IMG/VR virus record: IMGVR_UViG_3300034407_002255
Coordinates: 1-54,196 of that record
Origin: a virus
Lineage: Duplodnaviria; Caudoviricetes
DNA: 54,196 nt
Direction: 5' to 3' (one strand)
The position numbers were made by a program, and so were the translations under genes. The notes under the pieces are model-generated. The model was not told the origin of the DNA, made no database searches, and saw only the letters and a program-made list of their open reading frames with translations. Positions 37,396 to 46,880 of the stretch are shown piece after piece; position 1 is the first letter of the stretch, and every line of letters begins with the position of its first letter.

Positions 37396-39036
37396 ATGGA
37401 ACAGAACTATCTAGGAAATCCAAATCTCAAGAAAGCCAATGTTCAACAAGAATGGACAAAAGAGGAGCTTCAAGAATACAAGAGGTGTATGGATGACCCA
37501 CAATATTTTGTGGAAAACTATATCATGATTGTATCGCTTGATCATGGTCTAGTGCCATTCAAGCTCTATGATTTTCAGAAGGAGATGATAGGGACGTTTC
37601 ATAACAACCGTTTCACCATATGCAAACTTCCTAGGCAGTCAGGGAAGTCTACTACTATCATCGCTTATTTACTTCACTATGTTTTATTTAATCCTAGTGT
37701 GAATGTGGCAATACTTGCGAACAAAGCCGCAACTGCAAGAGACTTGCTAGGACGATTGCAACTTGCATATGAACATTTACCGAAATGGTTGCAACAGGGG
37801 GTCATGTCTTGGAACAAAGGAAGTTTGGAGTTAGAAAATGGGTCTAAAATATTGGCTTCTTCCACCAGTGCTAGTGCTGTTCGTGGGGGTTCTTATAATA
37901 TCATATTTTTGGACGAGTTTGCCTACGTCCCAGCAAACGTTGCAGAACAATTCTTCTCTTCAGTATATCCTACAATATCATCCGGTAAAACAACAAAAGT
38001 AATGATCGTATCAACACCACACGGTATGAATATGTTCTATAAGTTGTGGGTAGATGCAGAGGAACAGAGAAACGAATACGTTCCAATTGAGGTGCATTGG
38101 AGTGAAGTTCCTGGCCGAGATGAGGCATGGAAAGCACAAACAATTAAAAACACATCAGAGGCACAGTTTAATACAGAGTTTGAATGTGAGTTTTTAGGTT
38201 CTATTGATACTCTTGTGTCACCCGCAAGGCTTAAAACTCTTACCTATCGAACACCTTTAAAGAGTAATGCTGGTCTTGATGTACATGCAAATCCAGAGAA
38301 CGGTCACACATATTTCATAACCGCTGATGTTTCTAGAGGAACAGCAAATGACTATTCTGCATTTGTGGTTATTGATGTGACAGAGATACCATATAAAATT
38401 GTCGCAAAATATAGAGACAATGAAATTAAACCTTTGTTGTTTCCATCAAAAATATACGATGTTGCAAGGGCATATAATCAAGCATTTGTGATGATTGAGG
38501 TCAATGATATTGGTGAACAAGTTGCAAATACTATGCAGTTTGATCTTGAGTATGATAATCTAGTTATGGCATCCATGAGAGGAAGAGCTGGTCAAGTAAT
38601 GGGTGGTGGTTTTTCTGGTGGTCGAGCTCAGTTGGGAGTTAGGACAACAAAAGCAGTGAAGAGGATAGGTTGCTCTAATTTAAAACAATTGGTTGAAGAC
38701 AATAAAATTATAGTAGAGGATTTAGAAATAATTAACGAGTTGTCAACGTTTATCGTAAAGGGACAATCTTTTGAAGCTGATGAGGGTTGCAATGATGACT
38801 TAGTATCCTGCCTATTTCTTTTTGCTTGGGCAACGGATCAACAATATTTTAAAGAATTAGCAGACCAAGATATTCGTGCAACTATGATGAGAGAACAACA
38901 AGATGCGTTGGAACAAGACATGGCGCCCTTTGGTTTTGTTGTAAATGGTTTAGAGGACGAGAACATAGGTGAAATGGTAGATGAGTATGGAACTCGCTGG
39001 AATCCTGTGGTTAGAGATTATGGTTCAAATTGGTGA
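37396..39036 (+). CDS. gp17: Terminase large subunit gp17
   Basis: YLGNPNLK, PRQSGKST Walker A, IIFLDEFA Walker B, DVSRG..DYSAF, NDDLV. Confidence 0.97.
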   Translation: MEQNYLGNPNLKKANVQQEWTKEELQEYKRCMDDPQYFVENYIMIVSLDHGLVPFKLYDFQKEMIGTFHNNRFTICKLPRQSGKSTTIIAYLLHYVLFNPSVNVAILANKAATARDLLGRLQLAYEHLPKWLQQGVMSWNKGSLELENGSKILASSTSASAVRGGSYNIIFLDEFAYVPANVAEQFFSSVYPTISSGKTTKVMIVSTPHGMNMFYKLWVDAEEQRNEYVPIEVHWSEVPGRDEAWKAQTIKNTSEAQFNTEFECEFLGSIDTLVSPARLKTLTYRTPLKSNAGLDVHANPENGHTYFITADVSRGTANDYSAFVVIDVTEIPYKIVAKYRDNEIKPLLFPSKIYDVARAYNQAFVMIEVNDIGEQVANTMQFDLEYDNLVMASMRGRAGQVMGGGFSGGRAQLGVRTTKAVKRIGCSNLKQLVEDNKIIVEDLEIINELSTFIVKGQSFEADEGCNDDLVSCLFLFAWATDQQYFKELADQDIRATMMREQQDALEQDMAPFGFVVNGLEDENIGEMVDEYGTRWNPVVRDYGSNW

Positions 39037-39039
39037 ATT

Positions 39040-39339
39040 CTAAATAAATTCAATAAGATCGTGGTCTAATTTTATAAAACAATTTGAGCAGACAACATGA
39101 GATTGTTTGATAAGGTCATTAACTTCTTTACGACTCTTATCATTCAGTCCTTTTCGTTTTGTTAGATTGCGTATTTTATTATTGTGTGGATAGAACTTGA
39201 GACATACAGTTTCGCTCTCTCCACAGTGAACGCAAGACTTATCTGCGAGATATTCGTTTAACCATACCACACGTTGACGGTAGTTCCTACGAGCTACCTT
39301 TTTGATAGTCTCTTTATACTTTTCATAATGTGTCTCCAT
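39040..39339 (-). CDS. HNH-like Zn-binding protein, catalytic residues apparently altered
   Basis: CVHCGE...CLKFYPH...VVCSNC; own late promoter on minus strand. Confidence 0.75.
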   Translation of the reverse strand: METHYEKYKETIKKVARRNYRQRVVWLNEYLADKSCVHCGESETVCLKFYPHNNKIRNLTKRKGLNDKSRKEVNDLIKQSHVVCSNCFIKLDHDLIEFI

Positions 39340-39346
39340 GTTATTT

Positions 39347-39354
39347 TATTTATA
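39347..39354 (-). promoter_or_regulatory. T4-type late promoter on minus strand
   Basis: TATTTATA on + strand = TATAAATA, 7 nt before the ATG at 39339. Confidence 0.75.
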
Positions 39355-39395
39355 AGAATCGGAGCATATAAAAACACGTTTAGGATTTCAATTTT

Positions 39396-39403
39396 TATAA
39401 ATA
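39396..39403 (+). promoter_or_regulatory. T4-type late promoter TATAAATA
   Basis: Exact consensus upstream of gp18. Confidence 0.85.
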
Positions 39404-39450
39404 TCTGTAATAACAATAATAATGCTCTTGGAAAATAAAGGAGTACAAAA

Positions 39451-41622
39451 ATGGGTTTCTTAGTATCGCCAGGTGTACAGGTAAGAGAGATTGACCTTAC
39501 AAATATTGTTCCTGCTGTTCAAACCAACATTGGTGCGATTGCAGGGCCATTTGCAAAGGGTCCAGTGGCATCTGTAACTGCCATTAGTTCTGAAGAGGAA
39601 CTAGTTCAAGTATTTGGTAAGCCAAATGCTGATAACTTTGAATATTTTTTCACTGCTGCAAATTTCTTGCAGTATTCTAACGCACTTAGAGTTGTCAGAT
39701 GTGAGTCTGGTGTTTTAAACGCTGCGTCTAATTCAGGTCTTCTTATTAGAGATACAGATCATTACTCTGGTTCTTTTAGGGACGGCCAGGGTAGTGTTGG
39801 GCCTTTCGCCGCAAGAACTGCCGGTACACATGGTAACTCATTGAAAGTTTCTATTTGTGCAACAGCAACTGCATTTTCACAAAACATCACAGGTGCAAAC
39901 CAAGTTAACGGTGCAGCATCGAGTGGTGCAACGTCTGTTACAGTTGATGACGTTGATCTTGCAGACAATGTAATCAATGTTGGAGATATTGTTTCTTTCT
40001 TCACATCAAGTGGATTTGACACATTTGCATCAGGTCATGAGGGAATTGAGTACGAAGTTACTGCTCGTGATACAGCAAATAATACGATTACAATTCGTGA
40101 ATTGGACAACCCGAATGGAACAGGCTTGGTTAATTCCCTTGCCGATAATTCTTTCATTCGTCGTCGTTGGAAATTCTATGATTTATTCGCCGATGCGCCG
40201 GGAACATCACAGTGGTCAACTGATAACGAAAGAGGCACAAATGACGAGCTTCATATCGTTGTTTACGATAGCACTGGTGATTTATCTGGATTTGCTGAAG
40301 GTGTTGCTGGTCAAAGAACTTTGTCAGTTTTAGAAACATATGACGGTTTGTCAAAGAACAAAAACGCAAAAACTCCACAAGGTGGAACGAACTACTATCC
40401 AGATGTTCTCTATCAGCAGTCTGCTTTCATTTACTGGATGGATCATCTAGCTTCTGGTACAAACTGGGGTTTAGACCTTGAATTGTCCAACAATGTTACT
40501 CTTAACGGAACTGACGCAAATGGTTCTGATGAGGGTGATTTCATTATCTTAGATGGCACAGACGGCTCTGCAACGAATGCTGGAGACAACGTTATCTTTG
40601 ATAACACAGAGAGCGACGGTAGAGGTTCTGGAGTTTATGCCGCTGTTGACACGCCGACATACGATGCACTTACAGGTGGAACAGACGATTATGCTGTTAC
40701 TCTTGGTGAGAAGAGGTCTGCGTATGATCTGTTCAAGAACGCTGAACTTCATGATATTAACTTTGTTCTTGGTGGCCCTTCAGTTACAGTTACAGGTAGT
40801 TCTTTCGGAACCGCCGGTGACGAATTCGACACACACGGTACAATGTTAACTGATCTTGTGGAACTTCGTAAAGACTGCGTTGCATTCATCTCTCCTGCTC
40901 GTCAGGCAGTTGTTAATGTTCAAAGTGAAGTTACACAAACAACAAACGTTAAAGACTCCTTTGACACACTACCTTCATCGTCTTATGTGGTTTATGACAG
41001 TGGGTACAAATACATGTATGACAAATACAACGATGTATTCCGTTTTGTCCCTCTCAATGGTGATATTGCTGGTCTGTGTGCTAACACCGATAGAGTTGCT
41101 GACCCGTGGTTCTCGCCAGGTGGTTACAACCGTGGTAATGTTCGTGGAGCAATTAAACTTGCGTATAACCCACAGCAAGCAAACAGAGACATTCTCTATC
41201 AGGCAAGAATTAATCCAGTTGTGGATTTCCCTGGCCAGGGTGTGGTTCTGTTCGGTGATAAAACTGCTCTTACAAAACCAAGCGCCTTTGATCGTATCAA
41301 CGTGCGTAGATTGTTCTTGGTTCTGGAAAAAGCAATTGCTACCGCTGCTAAGTTCCAACTCTTTGAGTTCAACGATGAGTTTACACGGGCACAGTTCCGT
41401 AACTTGGTTGAGCCTTTCTTGAGAGATGTTCAAGGAAGAAGAGGTATCACAGACTTTGTGGTGGTTGCCGACGGCACAAACAATACTGGTGAGATTATAG
41501 ATAGAAACGAGTTTGTCGCAGATATCTATATTAAACCGGCTCGATCAATTAACTTCATTACTCTTAACTTTGTTGCGGTTCGCACAGGTGTTGAGTTCTC
41601 TGAAGTCATTGGTAGATTTTAA
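39451..41622 (+). CDS. gp18: Tail sheath protein gp18
   Basis: SPGVQVREIDLT, PWFSPGGYNRG, FGDKT...SAFDRINVRRLF, IKPARSINFITLNFVA. Confidence 0.97.
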   Translation: MGFLVSPGVQVREIDLTNIVPAVQTNIGAIAGPFAKGPVASVTAISSEEELVQVFGKPNADNFEYFFTAANFLQYSNALRVVRCESGVLNAASNSGLLIRDTDHYSGSFRDGQGSVGPFAARTAGTHGNSLKVSICATATAFSQNITGANQVNGAASSGATSVTVDDVDLADNVINVGDIVSFFTSSGFDTFASGHEGIEYEVTARDTANNTITIRELDNPNGTGLVNSLADNSFIRRRWKFYDLFADAPGTSQWSTDNERGTNDELHIVVYDSTGDLSGFAEGVAGQRTLSVLETYDGLSKNKNAKTPQGGTNYYPDVLYQQSAFIYWMDHLASGTNWGLDLELSNNVTLNGTDANGSDEGDFIILDGTDGSATNAGDNVIFDNTESDGRGSGVYAAVDTPTYDALTGGTDDYAVTLGEKRSAYDLFKNAELHDINFVLGGPSVTVTGSSFGTAGDEFDTHGTMLTDLVELRKDCVAFISPARQAVVNVQSEVTQTTNVKDSFDTLPSSSYVVYDSGYKYMYDKYNDVFRFVPLNGDIAGLCANTDRVADPWFSPGGYNRGNVRGAIKLAYNPQQANRDILYQARINPVVDFPGQGVVLFGDKTALTKPSAFDRINVRRLFLVLEKAIATAAKFQLFEFNDEFTRAQFRNLVEPFLRDVQGRRGITDFVVVADGTNNTGEIIDRNEFVADIYIKPARSINFITLNFVAVRTGVEFSEVIGRF

Positions 41623-41638
41623 GGAGGAGTAAAGAAAA

Positions 41639-42199
41639 ATGGCTGGAAATATTGATGAATTTAGAGCCAGATTAGCGGGCGGTGGTGCGAGAGCAAACCA
41701 ATTTAGGATCACTATCAATTCACCTACAGGTATTGCTATTGGACTGAACTCAAGAGATGCCTCATTCCTGTGTTCTGCAACGAACTTGCCTGCAACGACT
41801 CTTGGAGAGTTTGCTCTTAACTTTAGAGGTCGTCAGCTTTACATTGCTGGTGACAGAGAGTTTGCTGATGCTTGGACAACAACGTTTCTCAATGATACAA
41901 GTTTCTCTATTAGAAATGCATTGGAGCGGTGGTCTAACGGTATCAACGATCTTGAGTTGTCAACAGGTGTTAACGATCCTGCTGACTACATGGCTGATCT
42001 AGAAGTGTTTCAATTGGATCGTGACGACAATATTCTCAAAGCATATAAGTTTATTAACGCATGGCCGCAGTCTATTGGCACCGTTGACCTTAGTATGGAA
42101 ACTACAAATGAAATTGAGACATTTGAATGCACTTGGAGATATCAACACTTCTTAGCAAGTGAGGTTGGAGACAGTAGGTCAAGCTCTCCTGTTGAGTAA
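41639..42199 (+). CDS. gp19: Tail tube protein gp19
   Basis: GGARANQF, LP...G...FRGR...AGDR.F..W, W.NGIN, WP..I..VDL; follows gp18. Confidence 0.95.
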   Translation: MAGNIDEFRARLAGGGARANQFRITINSPTGIAIGLNSRDASFLCSATNLPATTLGEFALNFRGRQLYIAGDREFADAWTTTFLNDTSFSIRNALERWSNGINDLELSTGVNDPADYMADLEVFQLDRDDNILKAYKFINAWPQSIGTVDLSMETTNEIETFECTWRYQHFLASEVGDSRSSSPVE

Positions 42200-42208
42200 T
42201 ATAATCCT

Positions 42209-42216
42209 ACTAAATA
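42209..42216 (+). promoter_or_regulatory. Late promoter variant ACTAAATA
   Basis: Intergenic upstream of gp20. Confidence 0.6.
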
Positions 42217-42234
42217 AAGAAGTAGGGAGATATT

Positions 42235-43908
42235 ATGGCTGAACTTTTCGGATACACAATTACTCGGGCAAAGAGTAAAGGGAGCGGTGATCAATTCACC
42301 GCTCCTGAGTCCGACGATGGGACAATAGAGGTTGCCGGTGGTGGTTTCTTTTCATCCATTCTTGATACGAATGGAAGAGAGAGAACAGAACTCGACCTTA
42401 TTCGCAGATATAGAGATATTGCACAACAACCAGAGTGTGACAGTGCTATTGAGGATATCGTCAATGAGGCAATCTCATTTGATGAAGTTTCTCAATCGGT
42501 GTCTATTAGTCTTGATAGATTACCGTATCCAGATAAAATTAAAAGAGCAATCAGAAAAGAGTTTGACGAAATTTTAACATTGTTAGAGTTTGAAGAGAAA
42601 GGTTCTGATATTTTTAGAAGGTGGTATGTTGATGGTCGAATTTTTTATCACAAAGTCATAGATAAGAAAAATCCAAGACAAGGTATTATCGCACTAAAAT
42701 ATGTTGATCCAACAAAAATTAAAAAGGTTAGAGAAGTCAAAAAGGAGAAAGACCCAAAGACAGGTGTAGATGTGGTGAAGAACATCACCGAATATTATGT
42801 CTACAACGAAAAGGGTCTAGCCCATGCTGGTTATGGTGGAACTGGTCAAGGAATTAAAATTGCAAAAGATTCAGTAACATATTGCCCATCTGGTGTCATT
42901 GACCAGAATGGTGGAAAGGTTTTATCTTATCTTCATAAGGCTATTAAACCTGTAAATCAACTAAGGATGATTGAAGATGCATTGGTTATCTATCGCATTT
43001 CGAGAGCGCCCGAGCGTAGGATTTTCTACATTGATGTTGGCAATCTACCCAAGGTAAAAGCAGAGCAATATCTTAAAGATGTGATGAATCGTTATCGTAA
43101 CAAGTTGGTGTATGATGCATCTACTGGTGAGATTAGAGACGATAGAAATCATATGAGTATGTTGGAAGATTTCTGGCTACCCCGCCGTGAAGGTGGTCGA
43201 GGTACAGAAATCACAACACTGCCGGGTGGTTCAAATCTTGGTGAAATTGATGATATCGTTTATTTCCAAAGAAAACTTTATCGGTCACTCAATGTTCCTA
43301 TTTCAAGACTAGAGGCAGAGAATAATTTTAGTCTTGGTAGAACTACAGAAATCACAAGAGATGAGCTGAAGTTTACTAAGTTCATACAAAAACTTAGAAA
43401 GAAATTTGTAGTTTTATTTACAGACGTATTAAAAACTCAACTTCTACTAAAAGGTGTAATTGCCTCTGAAGATTGGGATAATATGAAAGAACACATTCAA
43501 TATGACTTCTTGAAAGATGGACACTTTGCAGAGCTGAAAGATGCAGAGTTGTTGAGAGATCGTATTGATGCTCTTGATCAAATTCAATCTTACATTGGCA
43601 CATTCTTCAGTAAGGAATATGTTCTTAAACGTGTTCTTCGCATGACTGACAGTGAAGTTCAAGAAATGCGTGATCAAATCGCAAGAGAGATTAACACCGA
43701 TCCTATGGACGGCGGTATAGATATGCCGGATGCTGGAGATGGTATTACACGTTATCCTCAAGATGGTGCTGGAGGAATGGTCCCGGCAGATGATATTGCC
43801 AAGTACGATGGAGAAGCACCACCTGGCGAAGACAAAGGTGGTGACAAAGAAAAACCAGTAGAGGATGACTTTGATAAAAGTATAACCGTGAAAGGAAAGA
43901 GAAAATGA
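42235..43908 (+). CDS. gp20: Portal protein gp20
   Basis: FRRWYVDGR, LHKAIKPVNQLRMIEDALVIYRISRAPERRIFYIDVGNLPK, EDFWLPRREGGRGTEITTLPGG. Confidence 0.97.
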   Translation: MAELFGYTITRAKSKGSGDQFTAPESDDGTIEVAGGGFFSSILDTNGRERTELDLIRRYRDIAQQPECDSAIEDIVNEAISFDEVSQSVSISLDRLPYPDKIKRAIRKEFDEILTLLEFEEKGSDIFRRWYVDGRIFYHKVIDKKNPRQGIIALKYVDPTKIKKVREVKKEKDPKTGVDVVKNITEYYVYNEKGLAHAGYGGTGQGIKIAKDSVTYCPSGVIDQNGGKVLSYLHKAIKPVNQLRMIEDALVIYRISRAPERRIFYIDVGNLPKVKAEQYLKDVMNRYRNKLVYDASTGEIRDDRNHMSMLEDFWLPRREGGRGTEITTLPGGSNLGEIDDIVYFQRKLYRSLNVPISRLEAENNFSLGRTTEITRDELKFTKFIQKLRKKFVVLFTDVLKTQLLLKGVIASEDWDNMKEHIQYDFLKDGHFAELKDAELLRDRIDALDQIQSYIGTFFSKEYVLKRVLRMTDSEVQEMRDQIAREINTDPMDGGIDMPDAGDGITRYPQDGAGGMVPADDIAKYDGEAPPGEDKGGDKEKPVEDDFDKSITVKGKRK

Positions 43909-44072
43909 GTAGAGAACTTATTGATGCAATCTCAGATGGAAATAATCTAGAAGCAGAGGATGAATTTAAAAATTTAATTGCTGGTAAAGTTGGAGACGCA
44001 TTGGAAGTAAAACGTGCAGAATTAGCAAATACTTTTGTTAACAGTGGAGCATTTTCAAGTGAAGAGGATTGA
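43905..44072 (+). CDS. Small prohead core protein (gp67-position), 55 aa, missing from ORF track
   Basis: ATGA overlap with gp20 stop; MSRELIDAISDGNNLEAEDEFKNLIAGKVGDALEVKRAELANTFVNSGAFSSEED. Confidence 0.75.
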   Translation: MSRELIDAISDGNNLEAEDEFKNLIAGKVGDALEVKRAELANTFVNSGAFSSEED

Positions 44073-44307
44073 GGAGATATATGAATCTACAGTTGTAGAG
44101 AGAGATGAACATCGTAAATCTAAGGAGTATAAAAAACTATCTCCAAGGATGAAGGATGCCGTTGATTTTATTTTTGGGAAAATGGACTCTAAACCTTCAG
44201 ATTTCCTAAATAGTTTTGAAAAAACTATAAAAGATGCGGCGAAACAGTTCAAAGTCAAAGAAAATGAACTAATGTCGTATTTTGAAAAAGAAATGCTTTC
44301 GATTTAA
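44059..44307 (+). CDS. Hypothetical prohead-region protein (gp68-position)
   Basis: GTG at 44059 after GGAG; charged and helical. Confidence 0.65.
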   Translation: MKRIEEIYESTVVERDEHRKSKEYKKLSPRMKDAVDFIFGKMDSKPSDFLNSFEKTIKDAAKQFKVKENELMSYFEKEMLSI

Positions 44308-44318
44308 GGAGTTAGAGG

Positions 44319-44741
44319 ATGGCAGTCGCAACCAGAACATTAAAAGATACGGTAGTAAATGCTGCTGGAGCTGGTGGTAAAGTTACTATTTTGGTTAATT
44401 GGGATGATGAAACAAGTTCCAACAATACGATTCTAGATGCGTCTGGTCTTGACGGTCATGCTAATGGTGCAAAATTGGATATCACTCGTATCTGGTGGCA
44501 GATAACTGGCGGTGTTGCAGACGATGACTTAAACTGGGCGTTTGTAGAATTTAAGGGCGCATCATCTGATACACTTGCAATCAATCTCGCTGGAACTGGA
44601 CACTATGACGGGACTGCTGGACCAATCACCAATAACGCAACAAATACAACTGCGACCTCTGGTGACTTGGAGTTGAGTTTGCGTGGCAGCTCTGGATCAA
44701 TGATAATCGAATTACGAAAAGACGAGAACTTTACCTCATAG
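44319..44741 (+). CDS. Hypothetical beta-rich protein in head cluster
   Basis: 140 aa with SD, between core genes and gp21. Confidence 0.75.
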   Translation: MAVATRTLKDTVVNAAGAGGKVTILVNWDDETSSNNTILDASGLDGHANGAKLDITRIWWQITGGVADDDLNWAFVEFKGASSDTLAINLAGTGHYDGTAGPITNNATNTTATSGDLELSLRGSSGSMIIELRKDENFTS

Positions 44742-44744
44742 GGG

Positions 44745-45407
44745 ATGAACATGGAAACGGTAAAACTATTTTCAGAAGCCGTAGAAGAAGTAGAATATAT
44801 CTGCGAACAAAGAGAAAACGGCGATAAGAACTATAAAATCAAAGGTATCTTTATGCAAGCAGACGTAAAGAACCGAAACGGCCGTGTTTATCCTATGGAA
44901 GTTCTCGAAAGAGAAGTTGCAAAGTACAATAAAAAGTTCGTCAACGAGAAACGTGCGTTTGGTGAACTTGGTCACCCAGAGGGACCAACCGTGAACCTCG
45001 AAAGAGTGTCACACATGATAACATCACTAAAACCAGATGGTAAAAATTTTATCGGTGAGGCGAAGATTATGTCTACACCGATGGGAGAAATCGTTAAAAA
45101 TCTAATGGACGAAGGCGCCAAGCTTGGAGTTTCCTCTAGAGGAATGGGAAGTCTAGTGCAAAAGAATGGAGCCAATTATGTGAGAGATGATTTTTACCTC
45201 GCAACTGCTGCTGACATTGTAGCAGACCCTTCCGCCCCTAATGCTTTTGTAGAAGGCATTATGGAGGGAAAAGAGTGGGTCTGGAATCATGGGTCTTTGG
45301 TAGAAGCACATGTTGCAGAGTTAAAAAAGGAATTTGATGTTAAACAACGTCAAAGAAAGGCGAAACAAGAAGCACTAGAGTTCGCCAAATTCCTCAAAAT
45401 GTTATAA
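44745..45407 (+). CDS. gp21: Prohead protease gp21
   Basis: IKGIFMQ...NRNGRVYP, GELGHP, LERVSH, LGVSSRGMGS, DIVADPSAPNAFV. Confidence 0.97.
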   Translation: MNMETVKLFSEAVEEVEYICEQRENGDKNYKIKGIFMQADVKNRNGRVYPMEVLEREVAKYNKKFVNEKRAFGELGHPEGPTVNLERVSHMITSLKPDGKNFIGEAKIMSTPMGEIVKNLMDEGAKLGVSSRGMGSLVQKNGANYVRDDFYLATAADIVADPSAPNAFVEGIMEGKEWVWNHGSLVEAHVAELKKEFDVKQRQRKAKQEALEFAKFLKML

Positions 45408-45409
45408 CT

Positions 45410-45417
45410 TATAAATA
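45410..45417 (+). promoter_or_regulatory. T4-type late promoter TATAAATA
   Basis: Exact consensus upstream of gp22. Confidence 0.85.
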
Positions 45418-45444
45418 ATATAATTACAAAAAGGAGACAATTCC

Positions 45445-46878
45445 ATGTCCGAATTAGATAAAACCATTGAGGAGCTTGAAGCAGAGGTTCTGGCGGAACT
45501 AGAAGAAGCCAGTCAACCAGATGATACTGGTGGACCCGCTGATACTCCTAAAAAAGTAAAATCTGATGGGGTAACTAAAGAAGAAGACGGTGGAAAAGCC
45601 GTTGTTGACCCAGAAGAAAAATCATCCCCCACGGATGTTGCAACAAAAAGTGCAAAAGAAGTTAGTGGAGATGCACAACAGAAGAGTGAAGGAGCCCCAG
45701 AAAAAATGGCTAAACTCAAAAAGGTAAAAGAAGAAATCGGTTACACCGATGACGAGATTAGAGAACTTTGCCATTCTGAGGACCATGACTGCGCTGTAGT
45801 TGTGGAACATCCAGTTTGGGGCAAAGGTAAACCAATTTATGCTTCTCATGCAATGCCTGACGAAAACGGTCACGTTGAGTGGTACGATGTGCAGTTCAAG
45901 CATGGTATCGAAGAAAAAGTCATGGTAGAAGACATGGAAGTCATCGAAGAATCTTCTCATATGGGAGAGGAGCCAAAGACTAAATCAGCTCTCATGGCAG
46001 CAATGCATAAAGAAATGAAGCACATGAAGAAAGAACAACTTCGTGCTGCATATGAGATGATGATGAAGCCAGAAGGTGCTCACGAATCTGTTGAAGATGC
46101 AGAGTTGAAGAAACTCAAGTCAGAGAAAGCAGAGATCGAAGAGAAGATCAAAGCAATTAGTGTTAAAGAAGACGTTGAAGCACTTGTGGAAGGTGAAGAC
46201 CTTACAGAAGAGTTCAAGGAAAAAGCTGCAACAGTGTTTGAAGCAGCAGTTAAGTCTAGAATTCGTAGTGAAATTGAGCGTATGGAAGAAGGTTACGTTG
46301 ATTCACTTGCAGAAGCTACTCACGTTATTAAAGAGGAGTTGTCAGAAAAAGTTGATGACTATCTCGGTTATGTCGTTGAGCAATGGATGCAAGAGAACGA
46401 GTTGGCAATCGAGCGTGGCTTGAAGGGTGAAATTGCCGAGGACTTCATTGTTGGTCTGAAACAATTGTTTGAAGACCATTACATTGATGTTCCTGACGAG
46501 AAATATGACGTTCTAGAGGCTCAGGCTGAGAAGATCACTGAGCTTGAAGAAAAACTCAACGAGACTATTGAAGAAAACGTTGAGAAAAAGAAAGTGGTAG
46601 AATCTCTGTCGAGAGAAAAAGCAATCGCAGAAGCTTGTTACGATCTTGCTGAGACAGAAACAGAGAAGTTTTCTTCTCTTGTCGAAGACGTAGAGTTTAC
46701 TGACGAAGAGTCTTTCGCAGAGAAACTTAGCACATTGAAAGAGAGCTACTTTCCTAAAACTGGTGGAGAAGGTTCTTTTGTAATTGATGATGATAATGGT
46801 GAAACTGCACAGGACATTGATGCGACTGATACGATTAGATCGTACATGTCGGCAATCAGTCGGTCAAAAAGTGCATAA
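45445..46878 (+). CDS. gp22: Prohead scaffold gp22 with long N-terminal extension
   Basis: L.EEFKEKAATVFEAAV, VDDYL.YVVEQW..ENELAIE.GL, LF..HYIDVP.EK.DV, LKESYF. Confidence 0.93.
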   Translation: MSELDKTIEELEAEVLAELEEASQPDDTGGPADTPKKVKSDGVTKEEDGGKAVVDPEEKSSPTDVATKSAKEVSGDAQQKSEGAPEKMAKLKKVKEEIGYTDDEIRELCHSEDHDCAVVVEHPVWGKGKPIYASHAMPDENGHVEWYDVQFKHGIEEKVMVEDMEVIEESSHMGEEPKTKSALMAAMHKEMKHMKKEQLRAAYEMMMKPEGAHESVEDAELKKLKSEKAEIEEKIKAISVKEDVEALVEGEDLTEEFKEKAATVFEAAVKSRIRSEIERMEEGYVDSLAEATHVIKEELSEKVDDYLGYVVEQWMQENELAIERGLKGEIAEDFIVGLKQLFEDHYIDVPDEKYDVLEAQAEKITELEEKLNETIEENVEKKKVVESLSREKAIAEACYDLAETETEKFSSLVEDVEFTDEESFAEKLSTLKESYFPKTGGEGSFVIDDDNGETAQDIDATDTIRSYMSAISRSKSA

Positions 46879-46880
46879 TT

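Noticed and set aside
40856-41433. Alternative-frame and antisense ORFs in gp18
   Set aside because: Overlap the most conserved part of gp18; shadow ORFs
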